From Endomicrobiales bacterium (GTDB lineage Bacteria > Elusimicrobiota > Endomicrobiia > Endomicrobiales > CAWCFT01), in contig CAWCFT010000001.1 of NCBI GenBank assembly GCA_963794945.1, forward strand, positions 96,001 to 160,000: a stretch of DNA of 64,000 bases. The letters run 5' to 3'. Positions 35,980-44,318 of this stretch are shown piece by piece; position 1 is the stretch's first letter; each line of letters opens with the position of its first letter. Made by a program: the position numbers and the translations under genes. The notes under the pieces are model-generated. The model was not told where the DNA came from. It did no database searches and saw only the letters and a program-made list of their open reading frames with translations.

Positions 35980-36852
35980 TCAAAAGCTGTAAATACATAA
36001 CAATGAAACGCCTTCCCCGGAAACCATGGGGAAAAAAACCAGATCGGAGGATCCCAGGTTCGCTTTTGTAATTTTACGTTTTTGCATGGATTCTATTTCT
36101 TTCCCCGTATAATAGCCCAAAGCCGCTCCGGGAAGAACGTCCGAGCCCCAGTGTTCATTCTCATTCAGCATTGAGAGCGCGGTAAGGGTGGCAACTGAGT
36201 AAGCGATAACAGGCACAAGCGGAATATCGGAGAATTCGGTCGCGACGATCACCGAAGTGGCGAACGCGCAGGATGTATGCCCCGAAGGAAACGCCTGGTT
36301 GTCTATATTGGTCCACGAGACATGCCAGTCATTATAAGGAAGGCCTGAATCGGGCAGCGGCCTTTGCAGGGTAACCTTGATAGCGCTCGTCAGAATTGTG
36401 TTTACGACTACGCTTTCAGCGCCGAGCATACCCGCCCTCTTGTATTTATCATCATCGTTAAATTCTCCGTAGATATAGAGTGACGAAAGGATCGCGGCGG
36501 TAAACGAGCCGTCGCCAAAGTGTATGAAAAAGAGGGCGGCGGTATCGGATTGATATGACCTGTTCCTTTGAAAAAAGTTTCTTGTCGTAGTATCCTGAGT
36601 GTAGAGTAACCCCGTGCCGAGGGCTATAAGCCCGGCTTTACCCCAGTTTGTCGCGGTGAAATGAAACGGCGCGATAAACATAGATTTCAGGTAATCATAA
36701 GTTAGCGGGAATTGCCGCAGATTCAAATCGTAATTATCGTTGTAGTCGTCGGCATAACATTTACCGGCCGCGAATTGAACGTTCAGCGCTACCATTGCCG
36801 TCATTAATATAATTTTCAGCGGTTTGGCCGCGATGCCTGTTATTTGGATCAT
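35980..36852 (-). CDS. PAP2 family phosphatase
   Basis: K...RP, FPSGH and HWGSDV motifs. Confidence 0.88.
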   Translation of the reverse strand: MIQITGIAAKPLKIILMTAMVALNVQFAAGKCYADDYNDNYDLNLRQFPLTYDYLKSMFIAPFHFTATNWGKAGLIALGTGLLYTQDTTTRNFFQRNRSYQSDTAALFFIHFGDGSFTAAILSSLYIYGEFNDDDKYKRAGMLGAESVVVNTILTSAIKVTLQRPLPDSGLPYNDWHVSWTNIDNQAFPSGHTSCAFATSVIVATEFSDIPLVPVIAYSVATLTALSMLNENEHWGSDVLPGAALGYYTGKEIESMQKRKITKANLGSSDLVFFPMVSGEGVSLLCIYSF

Positions 36853-37227
36853 ACTAGAGGATATACATTTGTGTCACCCCTTCCAATTACTTTCTTCCGT
36901 TTTGTACTGATAGTTTTCCACGTTTCCCCTTCATAAACAAAAAAAGACAGCTATAAAATGTTCTGCCTTTTTTCTTTTGCATCCAATTACATACGTGTCC
37001 AAATTGGACAGCATAGTTCGACAAAAGAGCCATACTGAGATTTTATCTTTTATTAATGGACATTTCAAGGTCAACTGCAATAGAGAAGCCTTCGTCTCTT
37101 CGCGATCGGTTCTCTAATAATAGGATGTTTAACTTTTAGTCAGCGGAACGTGGAATTCCGTCATAGCGCCTGGCCTCTATTTAAAATACAATCAATAGTG
37201 AAGTAACAAAATTCAAGGAGGTACACA

Positions 37228-37779
37228 ATGAAGAGATTTTATATGCTGCCGTTATTCGTTCTCCTGCTTTCAGCGGGAATGTCGTTCGCGGAAGAAGGGG
37301 GTTGTGAGCACGGCATGATGATGGAACGTCATATGTGCGGGCATTGCGGGATGGAAGGCAATGAGATGATGGAGCAGGGCAAGATTTGCCCGGAAAAGAT
37401 GATGCATCACATGATGGATTACACGCTGATGAACGTTGAGATGTACCTGGAGAACAAGGATGAGCTGGCTATAAGCCCCGACCAGAAGGACATGCTTAAG
37501 GGGATCAAGATCGGTTTCGAGAAGGCGGCGGTAAGTAAGGAGGCGGACATAAAGATCGCGATGATAGACCTCAAGGCCGCGGCGATGAGGGACACCCCCG
37601 ATTTCAGCGCCGTCAGACAGCAGGTACAGATGATCACCAAGCTCTACACGGACCTGTTCACGGCAAAGGTAGACGCCATGGAAAAAGGGTTCAACGTGTT
37701 GACCGACGCGCAGAAACAAAAGGTTCTGATGCTCAAGGAAGGAAAAAAGGAAAAGATGAAGGGCGAAATGAAGAGATAA
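37228..37779 (+). CDS. Spy/CpxP-like periplasmic protein with Met/His/Cys-rich N-terminus
   Basis: Signal peptide, ISPDQK and VLTDAQKQK (LTXXQ) motifs. Confidence 0.75.
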   Translation: MKRFYMLPLFVLLLSAGMSFAEEGGCEHGMMMERHMCGHCGMEGNEMMEQGKICPEKMMHHMMDYTLMNVEMYLENKDELAISPDQKDMLKGIKIGFEKAAVSKEADIKIAMIDLKAAAMRDTPDFSAVRQQVQMITKLYTDLFTAKVDAMEKGFNVLTDAQKQKVLMLKEGKKEKMKGEMKR

Positions 37780-38201
37780 TGGGGTAGCAAATCTTTGCCC
37801 CCCTATCCACTTCGTGAATGAAGAGGGAGACATATCTCCCCCCTCTTTATATACAAAGTTAAGAATCTCGAAGAGTCGCCTCTGGAGACCGACTTCTACG
37901 GAAGGGGCTGGAGGTGGCACATATTATCCCCCCTCTTTAAGTACAAAGAGGGGCTGGGGGAGTTCAGATCGGATTTATCTTCTGAAAATTGTAAAGGGAT
38001 TTTTGGGGACAGGTGGTTTCACGCGCATTAAACGGGGATAGTTAATGGCCTAACATATATTTTTCAACAAAGAAAACGCAGGAAGTATGGGGAGCGATCT
38101 CGTCTTTCGGCGAAACAACAGGATTGCCGCGTCGTCCCGCAAAGCGAGACTCCTCGCAAAGACACCTAAAAAAGGGTTTTTCAACACTCTCTATTTGTAA
38201 T

Positions 38202-38534
38202 TCAGCGGTTTCTGCGAGCTCTGAATGCGAAAGGCAGGAAATACTTTCTCCACAAGGTGTCGGAAGAAGAGAACCGGTTTGAACCGGCGAAGAAATCAAC
38301 AGCAGCTTCCCGTACACGGGCTACTTCTTTTACGCGTTTTACGTTCCTCGCGTCGTCAAGGGTCAGGTCAAGCAGTTCCAGCGCTCGTTCAAAAGCCTTC
38401 TGGCTGTAAGCGGCATTGTTTTTCGCCCGCCAATTCAGCGAACGTTCTATCTCACTGCCAATATTTGCCATCTGCTCAACAAACGTAAATTCGTTCCACC
38501 GCCCGGCGGCAAGTTCTTTGTGCTGAAAACTCAT
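38202..38534 (-). CDS. Hypothetical helical protein
   Basis: 110-aa ORF with EQMANIGSE and ERALELLDLT. No function recognised. Confidence 0.65.
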   Translation of the reverse strand: MSFQHKELAAGRWNEFTFVEQMANIGSEIERSLNWRAKNNAAYSQKAFERALELLDLTLDDARNVKRVKEVARVREAAVDFFAGSNRFSSSDTLWRKYFLPFAFRARRNR

Positions 38535-38658
38535 TTCTTCACCCTTTTCGATACTACCGAGGCGATCTTCCTGCGGATTTGCTCATCATCAGAATTTTGA
38601 CTCTATGCTGGCATCCGCCCGTCCGCCGAGATATATCGATCAATGTATGTCTTTCAGT

Positions 38659-39267
38659 TCAGTAACTTCTACTAACGCCGTCTATCGGAAGAAAATACCC
38701 TTTAATATTATTCAGGTTCCTTACACAAATTTGAATATGATTTTTCTCTCTAAAACCGGCATTAGGGTAAAGCAGTCTCCCCTCCCAAAAAGGGCTTCTA
38801 ACGGTATCATAAGGCTTTTCTTTAGATACGTCAATAATGGTGTGCAGTGTCTGTATCACGGCGCAATCCAACTTTCTTCTCAAAGGCACTTCTTCTTCTG
38901 ATTTAGAATTTTCTGGAATTTTTTCACCGCGTTTATTTAAGTCTTCAATTAAAAAATTATAAGTATCTTTAACAGCATCCAAAGCTTTCTGATCAAATAG
39001 ATTTAAACAGCGCCCCAAATCGATGATTGCCCCTATTACCGCAGGGTTATTGATCACTTCCGAACATCTTTCCGGATGGTCTCTCATTTCTTTAGCATAC
39101 TGCAATGCCCTGTGCGGGTCATTTTCCCAAAAGTACATACCGTGGCCGAGCCAATCATAATCATTTTTACTTGGATGCTGGCTTTCTTTTTTCAGCAATA
39201 GTTTGTCCGCTGTTTTCTGGTCACAACCATGAAACCCAAAAACAAAAGATGGTAAAATTGAATACAT
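38659..39267 (-). CDS. Hypothetical protein with ADP-ribosyltransferase-like motifs (putative toxin)
   Basis: GFHGC, WLGHGMYFWE and IQICVR motifs in AT-rich DNA. Confidence 0.6.
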   Translation of the reverse strand: MYSILPSFVFGFHGCDQKTADKLLLKKESQHPSKNDYDWLGHGMYFWENDPHRALQYAKEMRDHPERCSEVINNPAVIGAIIDLGRCLNLFDQKALDAVKDTYNFLIEDLNKRGEKIPENSKSEEEVPLRRKLDCAVIQTLHTIIDVSKEKPYDTVRSPFWEGRLLYPNAGFREKNHIQICVRNLNNIKGYFLPIDGVSRSY

Positions 39268-39274
39268 AGGGGGG

Positions 39275-39409
39275 TTATTTATAGATCTTTTCGAGTTTGC
39301 CCGTAGATGTGAGGATCCCTGCTTGATGGAGAACTTTCAAGGATTCCTTCGGGGAGGAAGCTATTTTCTTTAATTCTTTTTGATAATTCTTCTTTTCTTT
39401 TTCAGTCAT
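39275..39409 (-). CDS. 44-aa protein MTEKEKKNYQKELKKIASSPKESLKVLHQAGILTSTGKLEKIYK (putative antitoxin)
   Basis: Read by hand. AAGGAG RBS, and it ends 7 nt before the next ATG. Confidence 0.65.
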   Translation of the reverse strand: MTEKEKKNYQKELKKIASSPKESLKVLHQAGILTSTGKLEKIYK

Positions 39410-39899
39410 TGGGCAACTCCTTTCAATACTGATTATAGTTATTATTTAATATTTATGCAAGGTTTCAATTAAGGGTCTTTAGAGAGCTAACAAGCAATCA
39501 AAAGGAACATATAAATCATATATATCTGAAATCAATTTGTCAATATTTGTTCGGCAACACCCTTTCATGTGCAGTCTATGGTATTATTTTATACACTATA
39601 TTTTACTATGTCAATACACATCTGTCCGGTTAAATATCTTCTAAAGACCGTAAATCTGTCATTTCGATCCGCCTTAGGCGGAGAGAAATCTTGTCTTAGG
39701 TCGTACACAAAGATCTCTCCCGCCCACTACGATACGGCGGGCAAGCATCCCGCCCTCTCCGTCATTCCCGAAATCTTCAATCGGGAATCCACTTCCTTTA
39801 AAGACTTTTATACCATGCCTAAGGCGATCTGCCTCCGGCGGAAATGCTCTTGTTCTGGATGCCGGATTACCAATTTCCGGCATGACATCATTTTACTCG

Positions 39900-40457
39900 C
39901 TACTTCAACTCCGCGTCCAGCAGCGCGATGTACTGCTCCTTTGTCATCCCCATTTTACTAAGCTGGGCATCAACCATGGGCGCAAGGCCGGGGTTTTCCA
40001 TTGACGCCTTTATCATCTGCAGCGCCGTCTTGTTGCCCGTCAGGCCGAGGCTCTTTATGGTATCGGCAGGCGGCAAAGTAGCCGCACCTTGCGCGGGAGC
40101 CCCTGCATTGACTGCCTTGATCTTCCCGCCCTTGCCCGCGGAAGAGGAGGGCCCTGTTGAGTGTTTTTTGTGCGTGTTCGGCTTCAATGTCGCCTTCACT
40201 TCAAAGCCCGTATCTCCCACATTTTCAACCTTGAGAACCATAAGTTTATACGCCGCTCCCATGCTTCTCGCAAGCTTCGCAAGTTTCTTCACTTTACCAC
40301 CGGCTTCTTCCCTGCTTTTTGCTTCAATATCAAGCTTCAACCCAACCCCCGGCTTTGCCTTCAACTGCCCATAAACTTGCTTCAAAAACAGCTTCTCTTC
40401 CGCGCCGCTGTCAGCTTCCTTTGCCAGCTCAAACTCCCCTACGATTTTCATAGCCAT
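39900..40457 (-). CDS. Hypothetical protein
   Basis: 185-aa ORF with AAGGAGG RBS. Confidence 0.65.
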   Translation of the reverse strand: MAMKIVGEFELAKEADSGAEEKLFLKQVYGQLKAKPGVGLKLDIEAKSREEAGGKVKKLAKLARSMGAAYKLMVLKVENVGDTGFEVKATLKPNTHKKHSTGPSSSAGKGGKIKAVNAGAPAQGAATLPPADTIKSLGLTGNKTALQMIKASMENPGLAPMVDAQLSKMGMTKEQYIALLDAELK

Positions 40458-40519
40458 TGTGGCCTCCTTTCAGCCCTGGTCCGCCTTCCCCCATCAGAAC
40501 TGTGCCGCAAATATTATGC

Positions 40520-41165
40520 TTCCAATCCAGCTTCCGTTTTGCTTACATCTGTCTTCGCGAGGCCGCCTCTGGCGGGCGTGGCGATCTTGATGTTCGCCTT
40601 CCTTTCAGCTTCAATTCAAGATTCCAATTTGCTTCCAGTTAAGCTTCATGTTTGCTTCCAATTCAGCTTCCATTCTGCTTCCATCAAGCTTCCCTTAAGC
40701 TTCCTTTTTGCTTCTAGTTTAGCTTCCATTTCGGCTTCTATTTTGCTTCCATTCGTCTTCGCGAGTCCGCCTCTGGCGGGCGTGGCGATCTCGATGTTAG
40801 CCTTCCTTTCAGCTTCCATTCAAGCTTCCATTTTGCTTCCAGTTAAGCTTCATTTTCGCCAACATTCCGCGCATTAAACTCCTTCGCCCAGCAAGTCAAA
40901 TCCGCCGTGGTAGGCAGGTGGTATAAATGTTTGTCAAACTTCCTCTCCATTGATGGGAGAGGATTGAGGTGAGGGTGAGATTGACCAACTTTCAGCTTCC
41001 TATTTGCTTCCAATTAAGCTTCCGTTTTGCTTCCATCTGTCTTCGCGAGTCCGCCTCTGGCGGGCGTGGCGATCACGACGTTAGCCTTCCTTTCAGCTTC
41101 CATTCAAGCTTCCTTTTTGCTTCCAAATCAGCTTCCATTAATGCTTCCCTATCAGCTTCCCTGCC
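40520..41165. repeat. Three imperfect copies of a GTCTTCGCGAG-CCGCCTCTGGCGG-GTGGCGATC unit embedded in AGCTTC-rich short repeats
   Basis: Core copies start near 40551, 40756 and 41039. Confidence 0.8.
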
Positions 41166-41744
41166 GGCAGTTTAAGCCCTTCCTATCAATGAGCACTGAA
41201 GCCCCTCAATCTTACACAAATAGCCCTGAAATCCGCCTTCTTGTGTTGCGGAATAATCATTCATAATACAACAACTTAATGCATTTGATGTTAAACCTGG
41301 TTAGTGAAAGCCTGACATCGTTTAGTTGTAAAGTCTTTGCCCGCGAACGACGAGCAACGAGATACGAACGACTGCCTCTAGGTTTTGCACAAATATTTAT
41401 AGCAGATTTTTTGAATATTTCAAGGTTTTGAGAGTTTTGAGCGGGAGGGTTAACCCCGTTAGAGGAAACGGGCACTTTGCGAATAAAGATGGCTACATTA
41501 CACCACCATCTAACAGCATTGATTCAAACCACCGACAGGAACCGGCGGCATCCTCTAACGTGGTGAAGATTAACACTGCGCAAGCAGAAACATTAGTGAA
41601 GTCGAGTGGCCTGACATCGGAAGAGTTATGTCTCTAATTCCCACAATAGGTTCAACAAGTCAAGCCTGATAATATGAAAGCAACCTCCATCTAGTTTTGT
41701 TAAACTTATTGTATCGAGCAATAAGACAAAACGAGGAGGTTGCC

Positions 41745-42770
41745 ATGAATTATGTTGGTGTAGACTTGCACAAAGAGCGTTCTTGGTTTTACGTGACGAA
41801 CGAGCAGGGCAAACGGATTGACAGCCAGAGTATAGCAAATTTGCCAGAAGTGTTGCGATCATATTATAAAACGCTCCCACGACCATTTACACTTGCAGTT
41901 GAAACGACTTACAATTGGTACTATTTCGTTGATCTCGCCGAAGAATATGCTTACAAGGTGTATCTTGCGAATTCGTACGAGCTGAAAGCATTTGCAAAAC
42001 GAAACAAGAAAACAGAACAAGATAGATGCCCGGCTTATAGCCGATGTGCTCCGTAAGGGCTATTTACCTACAGTAGAGCTGCCAAACAAGAAGATACGAG
42101 CTATTAAAGAACTGTTGCATTGCCGGATGAGCATTGTCAGTGAACGAACGCGGAACACAGCACGGTTAAAGTCACTTCTTGATCGCCATGGACAGATGTC
42201 AACGGGTGACTATACTTCAATGAAGCAATTGAACGGTATTGCGGTGAACAAATTATCTGAACCGTGCCGGATTGCCGCAGAAAACTGGATTGAGCAAATA
42301 GGCGCTTTGAATGCGCGTGAAAACCGTATCGGGTGGCAACTACATGCAATAGCCGAAAGTGATCCCGACGCACGGAATCTTGAAAGTATTCCTGGGATCG
42401 GCAGTTTTAGTGCATTGCTTATTAAAAGCGAGATAGGCGATATTAGCCGTTTTACAACATTTAACCGCCTCTGCGCGTACGCAGGCCTTGCACCGAGAAC
42501 ATTCCAGAGCGCCGACAAAGAATATCACGGTTCTTTAAATAAGAATCGGCGTAAACACCTACAGTGGATATTGATTGAGGCAGTTCACCATTTTTCAAAG
42601 AGAGCGTTGAACGAACAGAAAAGTATGAAGCTATAGCCAAACGGAAAGCGCCCAACGTGGCGCGAGTGGCTCTTGCCAGAGATTTATTGAAAATTGTGTA
42701 TCGAGTTTTGAAAGATAAGCGGCCATATTATATACGGACTACGGCGTCCCTCGCGCTCAATGGTGCCTGA
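41745..42770 (+). CDS. IS110 DEDD recombinase/transposase (one +1 and one -1 indel relative to copy 2)
   Basis: VGVDLHK, AVETT, IDA and GLAPRTFQS motifs. Confidence 0.9.
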
Positions 42771-42900
42771 AGTGTCCGCCGCAAGGCTGACAGCTTCAAC
42801 AAGTCTGATTAGCGGAGGGGCGTCGCCCGATTCTATCATGCAGTCCGCCAAGTGCAGAGCTGCCAATAGGTGACTGAAGTCCGGATATTTTCGGAGCTTC
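42740..42900 (+). ncRNA. Predicted bridge/seek RNA of IS copy 1 (boundaries approximate)
   Basis: Internal loops carry segments matching the target and the donor junction (see findings). Confidence 0.7.
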
Positions 42901-43041
42901 TTACGATACAAAGCGGGCGAACGGCCAAAGAACTTGTTTAACAGAACAGATCAGTAGTTAGAAACTACTGCGGAGATACTTTTTGTCACCTTGACTTTTT
43001 CTTTCATAGGTGACACCGTTCATCGAATGGTAGTTTGGGGA

Positions 43042-43124
43042 ATCGCAAACTTGGAACAGTCACCTCAGGCAATCGCCGGCCTCTTGACGAGACCCGCCAG
43101 TTGTTTTTGGCGGGCCTGACTCCA
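43042..43124 (+). repeat. Diverged inverted copy of the ~110-bp repeat ending GGCGGGCCTGACWCCA
   Basis: TCGCARACTTGGAACAGT...TTTGGCGGGCCTGAC is shared with the copies at 47949 and 48936. Confidence 0.8.
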
Positions 43125-43151
43125 CTTAATATTTTACTAACACCAATTTCT

Positions 43152-44258
43152 TTAGATTGCCAATACATTTCTTAAAGCTGAATCGATTTCATCCCAATCT
43201 TTAATCCAGCAAACAGCAACCCCTAAATGGTGAAGACCGCATTCCATAATATCACGCAACCATTTTTCTTTCGGTAAAACATTAACCCACACATGGTATG
43301 CAGGAATTTTAGCGCCTCCTGAAATAACGTCAATGTCATTAATATTATTTTTATGTGTCCAAGCCAACCATTTTCTGATATTTAAATCGCTTAGCGAATG
43401 CCCTATTATCAGCATTCTTGTTGTTTGAGCATAATATAGAAAAGTCGACTGAGTCCAGGAAGACATGTTACCAGCTATATCCAAATAATCTTTCTCTCGA
43501 AATACAAGTTTATCTCTTGAATCTCTTCGATGTTCCTTTAAGGCTACTTTAACGTTAGGCGCAATCGCACCATGACTATAAATGAATGGAATGCTCCCAT
43601 GCCATACATATTGTGACCTAAATACACTTTGATATTTCCTCTTCGGCCTCACGTGTTGCCCTATTTTTGTTTCATGTTCATTAATTGCTAGTACATCTGT
43701 AATTGTATATAAAAGAGTATCTGCATTAAAACTGAGTACCGCTGTTGGGGCTTTGGGTGTATCAACTAAGTCGTTTAATATCCGAGAAAGACTAAAGATT
43801 GTCGTTTGCTTAAATTCTTTTTCCAAAAATACATATAGCTTTTCCATTTGACGTAGTTTTAAATATCTCGGATCACTCAATGCTATAATCAGCTCTTTTG
43901 TTACATTATATGTGGTAGCCTTTTTGAATAGATCATTATAAAGAGCTGACCCAAGAATTGAAATAAACTTTCTCGCATCAGTGCTACTGGAGTCTATAAT
44001 ATTTTCGGCTGCTTGAATATAGGCATCTAGACCCCAGCCCGTATTTACACAAGCTTTTTTAAATTCATCAAATGCTATTTTTGTCTTAAAAGCATCCTGC
44101 AGTACATGCCAAGTCAATTCACTCCAATTAGGAACTAACCCAGTAGAAGTTCCGGCTCCAATGCATAAAGTCCAAGGAACATTGCTTACGCTTCCCCTAT
44201 ATTTAGTTTCCAGTCCAAAGAAGGACTCTTTCAATGGTCGTACACATTTGACAAGCAT
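43152..44258 (-). CDS. SIR2-like domain protein (putative NADase defence effector)
   Basis: CIGAGTS...PNW, SFNAD, HG and IIGHSLSDLNIR motifs in AT-rich DNA. Confidence 0.8.
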   Translation of the reverse strand: MLVKCVRPLKESFFGLETKYRGSVSNVPWTLCIGAGTSTGLVPNWSELTWHVLQDAFKTKIAFDEFKKACVNTGWGLDAYIQAAENIIDSSSTDARKFISILGSALYNDLFKKATTYNVTKELIIALSDPRYLKLRQMEKLYVFLEKEFKQTTIFSLSRILNDLVDTPKAPTAVLSFNADTLLYTITDVLAINEHETKIGQHVRPKRKYQSVFRSQYVWHGSIPFIYSHGAIAPNVKVALKEHRRDSRDKLVFREKDYLDIAGNMSSWTQSTFLYYAQTTRMLIIGHSLSDLNIRKWLAWTHKNNINDIDVISGGAKIPAYHVWVNVLPKEKWLRDIMECGLHHLGVAVCWIKDWDEIDSALRNVLAI

Positions 44259-44318
44259 TGTTCGCTCCTTAAAATAGGAACTTTGACTTTAGTGAAAACG
44301 TTAGCCTGACACCATTTC

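Larger units (their letters stand above)
41667..43013 (+). mobile_element. IS110-family (IS1111-type) insertion sequence, copy 1
   Basis: TGA core at both ends, subterminal IR TATGAAAG/CTTTCATA, long 3' non-coding end, and near identity to 46564-47910. Confidence 0.92.

Noticed and set aside
40520..41165. Possible CRISPR array
   Set aside because: Only three unevenly spaced units, the intervening DNA is itself repetitive, and there are no cas genes.
42684..42911. 75-aa ORF present in both IS copies (also 46666-46893)
   Set aside because: It is antisense to the predicted bridge RNA, has a TTG start, and is identical only because the IS is duplicated.
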